Origin: an uncultured virus (IMG/VR IMGVR_UViG_3300000478_000004)
Taxonomy: Duplodnaviria > Heunggongvirae > Uroviricota > Caudoviricetes
Virus record (IMG/VR): IMGVR_UViG_3300000478_000004
DNA length: 64,000 nucleotides
Direction: 5' to 3' (one strand)
Positions within the stretch are counted from its first letter, which is position 1. The number at the start of each line of letters is the position of its first letter. Of this stretch, positions 39,674 to 48,819 are shown in pieces. Under the pieces are notes generated by a model that saw nothing but the letters and a program-made list of their open reading frames with translations, did not search any database and was not told the origin of the DNA. The position numbers and the translations under genes were made by a program.

Positions 39674-42600
39674 ATGCCTGACGTATTAGTGACAACACGT
39701 GCAACGAAGCCCGGTGTATATATTGGAAGAGTCAACCGAGTAGCACCTACGGGTCTTACGGGGTTTGCACGTCTTCCGTGCTATGTAGGTAGGGGAAGTA
39801 GGCTCCGAACCATCTTCAACCAGCCGATACGTAGAAGCTATCTTTCTGACGTAACACTGGCTTTTCCTTCTGTTGCACCGCACGTGGTGGCACTGGCCCA
39901 GCCTGCATTCAACGATCAGACTGTGGCTAGACTCTTTCGTTCTGATGGTGTCATCGTCCCTGCTTCAAAGTGGAGGTTCCTAGAGTCTACCCCTGGAAGT
40001 GGTGTGTACGACACTGTGCTTCTGGCACCAGAGTCCTTTTCTCTTAACTTCACGTACAGCCTAGACTACCAGTCTACTTCTAGAACCATCCGTGACGAAC
40101 TTCCCTTTGATGAGGTTCGAGAAATTCGTTTCATTGGTGATACAGAAAACCAGGAAAGGTACGAGGAATACGTACACTACTACATTCCTGTTTCTATAAC
40201 AGACCCCGCCGCAGATGTCACTAACGCTTTCTCGGGGTCTACTGACGTAGGGTACGAGCCAGCAGAGGTTACCTCTACAATTGCTGGTCCTTACGTTTTT
40301 GCGGGTGGTGAGATACTGAACGTAACCATAGACGGAACACCTTTTGTGGTGACCTTTGCCACTGCTGGCGCTTTTACGACAGCACAGGTTGTTTCTATAG
40401 TAAACTCAGTCATTTCTGCTTCTGGTACTGCCCTTGAGGCTACTGGCGGATTCCTTACGATCCGTTCTAACTCCTTTGACCCAGGACTGTCCTCTGTAGA
40501 GGTAACAGCAGGAACGGCGGACGCTATACTCGGAACAGCAGGTCTTCAGTTTCCTTCTGCCGCTATGGTAGGCGCCACCTACACTACTGCCGGGTTCGTC
40601 CGCAAGGTTTCTGGCACAGGTTCTCCTGTGGTGGGAATTCAGTCCACTTCTTCGTCCAACCACAATTACAACAGGCGCTACCGTATTGATTTTGGTGCTC
40701 CTGGTGTGACCATTCCTGCAACAATTACAGTACTTCTGGACTCCGGCGCCTCGCTTCCTGAGGTTTCTTCTGGTGCCACTCTTACTGCTGCTGCTGCTTT
40801 TGGCGCTACGGCAGACGGAACTCAACCGCAACTTCCTTTCCACACTACTTTAACATCTCCTGCTGTCGCTGTAGAGTTTGATACCCCTGGTGGTGTTAGC
40901 ACCCCCGTAAACTTCACTGACATCACAGGTGACGTAGTTTCTATCATCCTAGACGACACAGGCGCTGTCGTTACAGGTGACGAGATTTACGAAGTAACTA
41001 GCGTTGGTCAGTCCATCCTGGAGCTGGATTCTGCCCTAACCAATGTTCAGCAGCATAGCAGCTTCTCTGCTATAAACTCTGGAGTTGTAACTCAGACAGC
41101 AGTTGCCCCTAACTACTCCACTACAGTGGGTGGTGTCCTAGCCGGATCTGGAGTACTGACTCTCAGGGATGACGCAGAATTTACTGGTGCGTATAACAGG
41201 CGCTTCGCCATTGTCTGCACTGCTTCTGCGGGCGCCCCCGGAACCAGGACAGCCTCTTTCATATGGCAGTCCTGGGGTGAGATGGCGGACCTTCAGTACA
41301 ATGGATCTGCCCGTACATTCTCTATCTCAGAGGCCCTTTCTACTAACTTGAACGTTGACTTGGGTGACGGAGTTCTTCTGGATTTGGACTTCGGTGCCTC
41401 CAACTTTGCAGTGAACGATATCTACTGGTTCCAGGCCAACGCAAGCCGATCCTACATCACAGCCAAGGACGATCGTTCTTTTGTGTTGGACGTGTCTGCG
41501 GTCGGAGTCTCTGGTTCCAACAACCAGGTTACCTTCTCTTACCAGACGGGTACTCCTGAGGGCGGATTTGGTCTCCTTCAGTCCACTGGACCTGGAGGTC
41601 AGCTGTTCTTTGCTAGTGGTGTGAATTTGTGGGTCAGAAACCTTGGCTCACAGACCACAAACGCAAATAGGCATGTCATTGGTGACCAGTGGACGTTCGA
41701 CACTGTATGCGATGATGTCATTGATTGGTCTCTCACCACTCTAGTAACAGAGACCATCGACCCAACTCAGGTGTTTACTGACACTCTTGGTGTTATCACC
41801 GGAACAGTGGGTCTTCGTTACGTTGTTCTGGACGGAGTTCCGTTGAACATCATCTACATCAGGGATACTGTCACTGATGCACTGATTACCTCGTACTCTG
41901 TGCCTTCTTCTAGTCAGCCCTATGTTGCCTTCACAACTGCTCCAGTGAACCCCATTGAGATTCGCTACGAGACAATAGGGGAGGAGCCTGCTCCTGCTGC
42001 GCTGTACTACATCACGGCAAATACAGTAAGGCCTGCTGCTCTTTACAACACCCCCATTCGTGCGCTTTCCTATGAGGAGGCTGCTCGCTTACTGGGTCCG
42101 AGTGCCACCACCAATGATCTCTTGATCATGGCCCAGATCGCACTAGAGGATAACGACGCTCCTGGTGCCTACTTCTGTCAGGCGTTTGACTCTGACGGCG
42201 ACAGTTTGATCACCGCTGTTGACGTTGCAACCGCCATTGAAGCCACAGAAGAAGAGCGCAACCTTACTGACGTGGTTGTTCTTAACACCTTCTCTGCCTT
42301 GTCAACGGCACTTGCCAACAACGAGAAGATGAATGATCCGTTTGAACGAGGAGAGCGTGCTTTGTGGGTTGGTGCCCCTGTTGGAACAGCCATCGGTGAC
42401 GAAAACACTGCTGGCACTCTGATTTTCCTTGCTCAGCGTACCCTTCAGGTTTTTGGTGAAAACCCGGCTCACGGTAAGAGAGTTCTCATCGGAAACACTG
42501 AAGCGACCAAGACTATAGTCCTTACAGACGGCACACAGGTTGTAGTCACTCTGGACGGATCCTTCATTGCGGGTGCCTTTGCTGCTCGTAACGCCAGTTT

Positions 42601-43147
42601 CGCAGACCCAGGTGAGACTCTTCTTCGTAAGAATCTGTTTGGGTTCGACACGATAAACACCTACACCGAGCCCGAGGAACTTCAGCTAATAGCAGCATCC
42701 ATCATCTTCGTTTCGAATGTTGGTGACGATACTGCCCCTGTCTTCCGTATCGAAGAATCCACCACTGTGGACAGGAGCAGCGACGACAACAACGAAATCA
42801 GCGTTGCCATCAACCAGAAGGAGTACACAACGAGAGAGATACGTACTCAGATGGATACCGCTCTTGTGTCGATTGTTCCGCCCTCGGAGCAGGCTGGAGT
42901 GGCTATCATTCAAACCTTCTTGGTTGATATCCTTACAAACCTAGTAGCTCGTGGTATCATTGGACCCTATACGGACGACGCAGGAAATGCACGTCCTATA
43001 GACCCGGACGAAGATGTCAGAGTGTTCCGTGCCAGGGATTCCAGAACCTCGTACAACTTCCAGTACTGGTGGAATGCTAGGTACCCAATTAAGCGCCTCT
43101 TCGGTCTATACTCTGTTGACCGAAGGTTCTTCGGAGATCAGGTCTGA
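39674..43147 (+). CDS. Contractile tail sheath protein with large insertion domains
   Basis: N-terminal PGVYI; C-terminal sheath-like region (LDGSFIAGAFAA...ETLLRK..GF...EISV...YPIKRL); lies upstream of a tube-sized gene and the TMP. Confidence 0.8.
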   Translation: MPDVLVTTRATKPGVYIGRVNRVAPTGLTGFARLPCYVGRGSRLRTIFNQPIRRSYLSDVTLAFPSVAPHVVALAQPAFNDQTVARLFRSDGVIVPASKWRFLESTPGSGVYDTVLLAPESFSLNFTYSLDYQSTSRTIRDELPFDEVREIRFIGDTENQERYEEYVHYYIPVSITDPAADVTNAFSGSTDVGYEPAEVTSTIAGPYVFAGGEILNVTIDGTPFVVTFATAGAFTTAQVVSIVNSVISASGTALEATGGFLTIRSNSFDPGLSSVEVTAGTADAILGTAGLQFPSAAMVGATYTTAGFVRKVSGTGSPVVGIQSTSSSNHNYNRRYRIDFGAPGVTIPATITVLLDSGASLPEVSSGATLTAAAAFGATADGTQPQLPFHTTLTSPAVAVEFDTPGGVSTPVNFTDITGDVVSIILDDTGAVVTGDEIYEVTSVGQSILELDSALTNVQQHSSFSAINSGVVTQTAVAPNYSTTVGGVLAGSGVLTLRDDAEFTGAYNRRFAIVCTASAGAPGTRTASFIWQSWGEMADLQYNGSARTFSISEALSTNLNVDLGDGVLLDLDFGASNFAVNDIYWFQANASRSYITAKDDRSFVLDVSAVGVSGSNNQVTFSYQTGTPEGGFGLLQSTGPGGQLFFASGVNLWVRNLGSQTTNANRHVIGDQWTFDTVCDDVIDWSLTTLVTETIDPTQVFTDTLGVITGTVGLRYVVLDGVPLNIIYIRDTVTDALITSYSVPSSSQPYVAFTTAPVNPIEIRYETIGEEPAPAALYYITANTVRPAALYNTPIRALSYEEAARLLGPSATTNDLLIMAQIALEDNDAPGAYFCQAFDSDGDSLITAVDVATAIEATEEERNLTDVVVLNTFSALSTALANNEKMNDPFERGERALWVGAPVGTAIGDENTAGTLIFLAQRTLQVFGENPAHGKRVLIGNTEATKTIVLTDGTQVVVTLDGSFIAGAFAARNASFADPGETLLRKNLFGFDTINTYTEPEELQLIAASIIFVSNVGDDTAPVFRIEESTTVDRSSDDNNEISVAINQKEYTTREIRTQMDTALVSIVPPSEQAGVAIIQTFLVDILTNLVARGIIGPYTDDAGNARPIDPDEDVRVFRARDSRTSYNFQYWWNARYPIKRLFGLYSVDRRFFGDQV

Positions 43148-43160
43148 GAGGTAAATACCA

Positions 43161-44087
43161 ATGTCAACTGAAAGAATGAAAAACAGAATTTCTAGGGTGG
43201 TCAGCGCCACTAAAGCCAAGGTTCGCCGCGAAAGGATAGCGGAGCTTGAGTCCTCACTTAAATCCAAGTCTACAGACAAGGATGATGGTAAGGGGTCCAA
43301 GCCAAAGCAGACCGCTTCGGACAAGTACAAAAAGGACAAGGTACAGCCGAAGGTAAAGGGCGACAAGAAGAACTCCAAGTTGGATAAGTCTACGGGGGAG
43401 GCATCTCCTGTAGGATATCCTTTCTCTGGAGACACTGAGGGTGGTCTTGGAAAGGGAGCGCCCAAGAAGGATTCTAAGAAGTCCAAGCAGACTGCTCTCA
43501 ACGATGCCAAGAAGAAGGCAAAGGAATTGTCCTCTGACATGCCCGAGCTAAAGTCTACGCCTAAGCCCAAGCTATCTTCTGCTGAGTCCCGTGAATGGCG
43601 CAAGGCTAAGATTGCTGAGCTGAAGACGGCTCTTCTTCCGGGCCAGGCGTCTGACGATGAGATGGACACCGAGGAACTGTCAGAAAAGGACATGATTGGT
43701 GTCCAGCGACCGGGCGACGCTGCCAAACAGCAGCGAATGCCTGCTGTAAAGGTGCTGGAGAAAGCACAGGCCATACTTCCTGTGGTTACCCAGCAACTTC
43801 AACAGGCAAATGATATGTTGGAAGAGGCAGTGGTGGGTAACAACCTTCAAAAGATAAAGGGCGCCTTGGCCTTTATGCTAACAAAGGTGCAGGAGCTTAC
43901 TAAGGGACAGATTGTCCCTCTCGGTGCCACCATTAGGAAGCTTATGAGCCAACTGAGTCCCAAGCAGGCCAGCTCGGCTAAGTATGCCTCTGTCACTCAA
44001 AGTTCTCACCTGTTGTCGAAGCTGGATGATGAGCTTTCCCGCTCTCAGCACCTCATGAGAATGGCTGCCAACCAGATCAAACTATGA
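43161..44087 (+). CDS. Lys-rich low-complexity protein (possible internal virion protein)
   Basis: 308 aa with a GAGAGG SD, K/D/S-rich N-terminal half, and helical C-terminal half. Confidence 0.6.
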   Translation: MSTERMKNRISRVVSATKAKVRRERIAELESSLKSKSTDKDDGKGSKPKQTASDKYKKDKVQPKVKGDKKNSKLDKSTGEASPVGYPFSGDTEGGLGKGAPKKDSKKSKQTALNDAKKKAKELSSDMPELKSTPKPKLSSAESREWRKAKIAELKTALLPGQASDDEMDTEELSEKDMIGVQRPGDAAKQQRMPAVKVLEKAQAILPVVTQQLQQANDMLEEAVVGNNLQKIKGALAFMLTKVQELTKGQIVPLGATIRKLMSQLSPKQASSAKYASVTQSSHLLSKLDDELSRSQHLMRMAANQIKL

Positions 44088-45277
44088 TTCCTGACCTGGA
44101 ACTATCTCTGGAAGAAAGAACACGTATAGCTAGCTTTCTATACAAGCTAGCTATACGTGTTCAAAAGTTGTCAAAGGTTGAACTTGACCCTCGTGAGTTC
44201 ATCTCTTCTTTCGACGACAATTCCTCTGTGCGAATGACCAAATTCACAGAGTTTTTTTCCCCTAAAAAGGGAGGAAAGCCAGCAACTGTACAAAAGGTCT
44301 TGGCCACCAGGGCATCATTTCCAGGTGAGGGCCCTTCTATTAAGTTAGACCTAATAGTTGGTCCGTTTTCTCTGTTGGAGCACAAGGGTGACTTGGGGGT
44401 AGTTACCGCTCAAACGCAATTTTTCCCAGGACAGGCCCCTTCTCCGCTTCGTCCTATGGATGATGTTCGCTCTATTCTTTCCAAGCTGTATCCGGGACTC
44501 TCTACAGATGTAAAGTTGATTACTTCTGACGTAAGAGATTTTTCGGACAGGCCCTATCGAATAGAGCACGGGTATTCACCCGAGCTTGGCACAAAAGCCT
44601 GGAAGGTAGTGCACAACTCTGGTCCTCACGCAGGAGAAGTTGCTATGTGGGAGGACCCCAAGGTTGTAGGCCAAATGGAGGCCAAGGATGCTACGGAGGG
44701 ACTAGATCCCTACAAGCCCGCTGTGTTTAGGTCATCTGAGGAGGCATCCGCTGTGTTGAATCAGCTAACACGCGGAACTCCAACGTCCACTAGAGTGATT
44801 CCAAAATTTAGGGAGTACACGGTGTACGTGAAGTACACTTCCGTGTTCTCGGAAAAGTCCCACACTGAAACGTATATGAGACTCGATTCTCTCGTTTCTG
44901 CTTCTGACAGGAGGGCAGAAGAGGAAAGGAATCTATCTGTTAAACAGAAGTACGACCTTATCTCTAAGTCTGTTAACTGGTTGCTGGAGAAGGACGTATC
45001 TCCTGATGTTCTTCTGTCTACTCTAAAGGCAAAGGACCCTGAACTTGCAAAGAAGGTCCAGGAAGTACTCCCTGACATAGTCACTTCTCTTGACGCCAAG
45101 CGTTCTGCTCTAATGGATGAAACCACAGACGAATTGGCCGCTCTAATCAGGTCAAATCCAGAGACTTCTCCTGACATACTGGTTACTCAGGTTTCTAAGA
45201 AGGACCCCGAAAAGGGCAAGCTCTACAAGAAACTTCTTCCACGAGCCATGCAATTTATTCACGAAGAGGCTGTGTGA
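44084..45277 (+). CDS. Hypothetical protein
   Basis: 397 aa with an ATGA overlap. Short C-terminal internal repeat (SPDVLLS..KAKDPE / SPDILVT..SKKDPE). Confidence 0.65.
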   Translation: MIPDLELSLEERTRIASFLYKLAIRVQKLSKVELDPREFISSFDDNSSVRMTKFTEFFSPKKGGKPATVQKVLATRASFPGEGPSIKLDLIVGPFSLLEHKGDLGVVTAQTQFFPGQAPSPLRPMDDVRSILSKLYPGLSTDVKLITSDVRDFSDRPYRIEHGYSPELGTKAWKVVHNSGPHAGEVAMWEDPKVVGQMEAKDATEGLDPYKPAVFRSSEEASAVLNQLTRGTPTSTRVIPKFREYTVYVKYTSVFSEKSHTETYMRLDSLVSASDRRAEEERNLSVKQKYDLISKSVNWLLEKDVSPDVLLSTLKAKDPELAKKVQEVLPDIVTSLDAKRSALMDETTDELAALIRSNPETSPDILVTQVSKKDPEKGKLYKKLLPRAMQFIHEEAV

Positions 45278-45747
45278 TGCCCGACATGAAGAGACTAAAC
45301 TCTCTGTTGTCTTCGTCTGGGACCTTCCTAAAGAAGCAGGACGGCGGATTCCTTCTCTACAATACGAAATCTAATTTGGTTTCCGAGGGCTTACTGTTCA
45401 CAGACCTAAAGTCTGTAGAGTCCGCACTTCTTCAGTACATCAGGTATGTACAGACTAATGGTTTTAGCCCCCTGACTGAGTTTTCGTCCTCTGGTATGCT
45501 ACGTGGGGTAAAGTATTCCACTGTGCACAACACAGTAGATGAGGGGTCCGCCTACTTTATAAACAAGTCCGCCTCTCTTTCTCCTGTGTCTAGACTAAAC
45601 CTATTAGTTAGTGCACGTACCTTGGAGGAGAGGGCGTCCGCAAACGTTTCTCTTAGGGAAATGTCTAGAGGTATTACTGCGAACACAAGAAAGCGTTATC
45701 TAAAGTTGAAAAAGATAGCTCACACTCATTTACTTGATAAAGAGTAG
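45277..45747 (+). CDS. Hypothetical protein
   Basis: TGATG overlap; about 156 aa. Confidence 0.6.
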   Translation: MPDMKRLNSLLSSSGTFLKKQDGGFLLYNTKSNLVSEGLLFTDLKSVESALLQYIRYVQTNGFSPLTEFSSSGMLRGVKYSTVHNTVDEGSAYFINKSASLSPVSRLNLLVSARTLEERASANVSLREMSRGITANTRKRYLKLKKIAHTHLLDKE

Positions 45748-45806
45748 TGCCTCTTACTTAGATAGTTTTTCTAAACTCTGTAAATATTGGATAATCAGGA
45801 GTAATC

Positions 45807-46325
45807 ATGGCCTCCCCTACCCCCTTTGCTGCAAACCCCCATGGCGTGAGAGTACGTCCTCTTGATTTTGACGCACCGGGGGCCCCCACCATAAAAACAT
45901 ATCACGGTATATCCATTGTTGTAAATGGACGTATCGTCGGAAGGGTCCAGTCGTGGAACCCACAAATGTACAGCCGCAATGGCTCTCATGTCTACGAACT
46001 AAATCACTTGACCTTTGGTCGTCCGGTAGACTACGTTCCTAGCATCAACACAAACTATAACATCTCGGTCTCTCGTGTAGAGGTGTGGGACCAAGAGTTC
46101 GAGCGTGCCCTTGGGTACCCTGCTGTGTGGTCTGACCTCATTGACCAGAATAGACCCTTCTCTATGCAGGAGTACCTGTTTAGAGGTTCTGCAGTTTACC
46201 GAGTTTGGCTCTACAGTGGTTGCTGGTTTACAGGCCGAAACGAGCAGGGCTTCACTGCTGAGGGTGATGCTAAGACGGTTGTTGACGGACAAATTGCGTT
46301 CGTTTCCAGAACAAGAGCAGTGTGA
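45807..46325 (+). CDS. Tail tube protein
   Basis: 172 aa with an AGGAG SD. ISIVVNGRIVGRVQSW...R....YEL...YSGCWF pattern of tube proteins; lies between sheath and TMP. Confidence 0.75.
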   Translation: MASPTPFAANPHGVRVRPLDFDAPGAPTIKTYHGISIVVNGRIVGRVQSWNPQMYSRNGSHVYELNHLTFGRPVDYVPSINTNYNISVSRVEVWDQEFERALGYPAVWSDLIDQNRPFSMQEYLFRGSAVYRVWLYSGCWFTGRNEQGFTAEGDAKTVVDGQIAFVSRTRAV

Positions 46326-46640
46326 ATGAGCAAAAGTGATCGAGCTAAGATTTCTGACATTATCCAGGCTAAGGCTATGGAAGAAGACAACAACGTCTCT
46401 CCTTCTCTATCCCGCCTTCAAAAGGATAGACTCAGAGAGGCACTTGCGGATCACTATCTTGCCATAGACAATCTGAATTATGTATTTCAGGACATAAACT
46501 CTACCTCTGCTCTTACTTACTTTGACAAAGATGACGCTGTTTTGATTCGTCAGGCAGCTTCTTCGCTCTCCGACGCTCGTCGCGCTATTCGTCGTTTGGC
46601 GAATCGTGAATGGGTTAGGAAGCGATCCGATAACACCTAA
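46326..46640 (+). CDS. Hypothetical helical protein
   Basis: 104-aa ORF. Confidence 0.6.
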   Translation: MSKSDRAKISDIIQAKAMEEDNNVSPSLSRLQKDRLREALADHYLAIDNLNYVFQDINSTSALTYFDKDDAVLIRQAASSLSDARRAIRRLANREWVRKRSDNT

Positions 46641-46670
46641 CAAAAACAAAATCCATAGAGGTCTATAGCC

Positions 46671-47876
46671 ATGGCGCATCGTTATTCAAACCACCCCATC
46701 CTTGCTGAGCTTGATCTTATTGCTCAGGAGTTGGACACAACTGGAAATCAGGATTTGGCAACACTTGTGGACGAGGTCTCTGTGGAACTCGTTCAGGCAC
46801 ACACCCGGCAGGTGGAAGCAGCCAAGTCGAAGGCCAAGGACAAGGCAAAGGCAAAGCCGAAGCCCAAGCAGCGTTCTAAGAAGAATAAGAAGGCTCCCTC
46901 CGCCAAGGAAGCGTCCACCAACTACAGCTCGCGTAGGGCTCGTATTGCCTCTGCAATGAAGAAGATTGCAAAGGCCCAGGTGGCGGAGCTTGAGGATATT
47001 GCTTCTGAGCTTCTCAAGGAAGGAAGCAAGAAGGCAGCTCTTGAGGTTCTTAAGATTGCCGAAGACCTCGACTCCGAGTACGACTACTCCAGTGACAGCC
47101 ACGGTGCTGCTGAGTCTAAGGGTGACGCCTCCAAGAGGTTTGACCGCACCAAGGCCAACAAGCCCAAGGCCAAGATGGATGCGGACGAGAAGGAAGACCT
47201 TGAGCTTCCATTCGGTCAAAAGGGAGATGGCTATCCAATGAAGCAGTCTTCCTTCGACAAGGAGATGGATGCTCTCATTCGTCTCGCAATGGAGGGTGAG
47301 GAAGAGGATCTCGACCTAGAGATGTCTGAGGAGGATTCTGAGGACGGCGAGGAAGAGGATCTCGACCTAGAGATGTCTGAGGAGGATTCTGAGGAAGAGT
47401 CCGACGAGGATGCCGATGACATGGACCTTGAGGGACTCGACCTTGGTGATGAGGAGTCCGAGGAAGAGGGCGGGGAAGAACTCGATTTCGAGGGACTCGA
47501 CCTTGGCGAAGACGACGACGAATTGGCTTCTATGATGGAAGCCATGGATCACGAGGCAAGTGATCGTATGTACGAAGCTGACGATTCTGAGGATATGGAC
47601 ATGGACTTCTCCATGGACATGGAGGAAGAGTCTGAGGAGGGTGAAGAAGAGTCCATGGAGGAAGAAGAGTCCATGGAGGAAGACGAGCCCAGCATGGATG
47701 AAGACGAGGACAAGGAGGGTCTCCTTGGCTTTGAGGTAGGTGTAGACACCCCTGTGGGTGGGCTTCACCTTGGCGAGGCGCAGCGTAGGAACCTCATGGC
47801 TCTTGCGAAGAAGCTTGCCGCTAAGGGAGAGAAGGCGAAGGCCGCCAAGATAGCCCGTCTCGCTAAGAAGAAGTGA
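46671..47876 (+). CDS. Highly acidic scaffold-like/internal head protein with three helical-hairpin motifs
   Basis: 401 aa with an AGAGGT SD, a Lys-rich block, a long E/D/M/S tract, and GC-richer codons than its neighbours. Confidence 0.6.
   Translation: MAHRYSNHPILAELDLIAQELDTTGNQDLATLVDEVSVELVQAHTRQVEAAKSKAKDKAKAKPKPKQRSKKNKKAPSAKEASTNYSSRRARIASAMKKIAKAQVAELEDIASELLKEGSKKAALEVLKIAEDLDSEYDYSSDSHGAAESKGDASKRFDRTKANKPKAKMDADEKEDLELPFGQKGDGYPMKQSSFDKEMDALIRLAMEGEEEDLDLEMSEEDSEDGEEEDLDLEMSEEDSEEESDEDADDMDLEGLDLGDEESEEEGGEELDFEGLDLGEDDDELASMMEAMDHEASDRMYEADDSEDMDMDFSMDMEEESEEGEEESMEEEESMEEDEPSMDEDEDKEGLLGFEVGVDTPVGGLHLGEAQRRNLMALAKKLAAKGEKAKAAKIARLAKKK
47298..47395 (+). repeat. Tandem duplication with a 51-bp period (47 bp identical)
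   Basis: gaggaagaggatctcgacctagagatgtctgaggaggattctgagga at 47298 and 47349. Confidence 0.9.
47643..47678 (+). repeat. 18-bp tandem repeat (EEESME x2)
   Basis: gaagaagagtccatggag repeated twice. Confidence 0.85.
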
Positions 47877-47899
47877 TCTCTCCAATTTCTTTCTAGATA

Positions 47900-47940
47900 A
47901 CAGAACCCCAGCTGGCATTCCCTGCTGGGGTTCTGTATAT
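47900..47940 (+). terminator. Terminator-like hairpin
   Basis: ACAGAACCCCAGC-(11 nt)-GCTGGGGTTCTGT, a perfect 13-bp stem after the stop at 47876, followed by an AT-rich stretch. Confidence 0.7.
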
Positions 47941-47997
47941 TATGTATATGTAGTGTCCGCCTCACACATTACAGGCTAACTTACACAGGAGTAACAC

Positions 47998-48819
47998 ATG
48001 ACTGATGATAGACTTGGAGAACGAGTCCTTGTTTCCGAGATAGAGCCTAACCTTCCACACCCACAGGACCCCTGGAGTGACGCTCCCACTGTAGATACGC
48101 CCTTTTCCGCTTCTCAGCCCGCGCACACGTCTAGGCACCCCCTGGGAGTAGAGACCTCCTACGACCCTCGTGGTACACTCCCTGACCCACTTTCGCGTGC
48201 AAAGGAAGAAAGGGAGCATCGGACTTCTCCGGCGCCTCAGCAGGCTCCAGTCGCACAGGGAACTCGTCCGGTTCCTACCTCTCCCATGACTTCTTCTGAG
48301 TCTTCTACCCTAAAGAAGTTCAGGGAGGTGTTCGGGCTAAAGAGAGTGGATGTGGTCCCCGTTACCATTTCTCGCCGAGACCCCCACAATCCTGAGGTAA
48401 ATATAGATTTGGTGTTCGGTCTTCGTGGAATCAATTACGATGACTACCAATGGGTTCTTGAGAAGACACGTGAAATGATACAGGACCCGGCTCTAGCCAA
48501 TTTTGCCTGGAAGGCGGCCTTTGTTTCTATGGGTGTCGCCTCTATAGACGGTGAGCCTATTTACCAGGTATTTGGGATAAAACCGGAGAGTGCGGACCAC
48601 GTGCGCGACCCTATGTACCCGCACATGGGCCTCAGGTTTCAAGCGGCATCTGCGTTGTGTGAAGAGATACGCACCTCGCTTTTCGACTTGGTGGAGAACC
48701 TTTATGTAGCTTATGAGGAGAAGGTGGATACCAAGTACCTTCCGGTGTCTAAGAAGAATAAGGAAAAGGAGCAGGAGGAACCATCCCTCCCTTTACCCCT
48801 GACCGACTCCGTACGCTAG
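47998..48819 (+). CDS. Tail assembly chaperone (G-like, short form)
   Basis: 273 aa with an AGGAG SD, between the tube and TMP genes, with a slippery heptamer near its 3' end. Confidence 0.7.
   Translation: MTDDRLGERVLVSEIEPNLPHPQDPWSDAPTVDTPFSASQPAHTSRHPLGVETSYDPRGTLPDPLSRAKEEREHRTSPAPQQAPVAQGTRPVPTSPMTSSESSTLKKFREVFGLKRVDVVPVTISRRDPHNPEVNIDLVFGLRGINYDDYQWVLEKTREMIQDPALANFAWKAAFVSMGVASIDGEPIYQVFGIKPESADHVRDPMYPHMGLRFQAASALCEEIRTSLFDLVENLYVAYEEKVDTKYLPVSKKNKEKEQEEPSLPLPLTDSVR
48789..48795 (+). promoter_or_regulatory. -1 programmed ribosomal frameshift site C-CCT-TTA
   Basis: X-XXY-YYZ heptamer in the correct register; the -1 frame is open from here to TAA 49385. Confidence 0.8.

Noticed and set aside
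25111..45786. GTAAATA upstream of three genes (25111, 43151, 45780) as a T4-like late promoter
   Set aside because: The same heptamer also occurs inside several coding regions, and its spacing to the starts is inconsistent.
47298..47678. Direct repeats as a possible CRISPR array or DGR template/variable repeat
   Set aside because: They are in-frame coding tandem duplications without unique spacers or adenine-specific variation, and no cas or reverse transcriptase gene is in the window.
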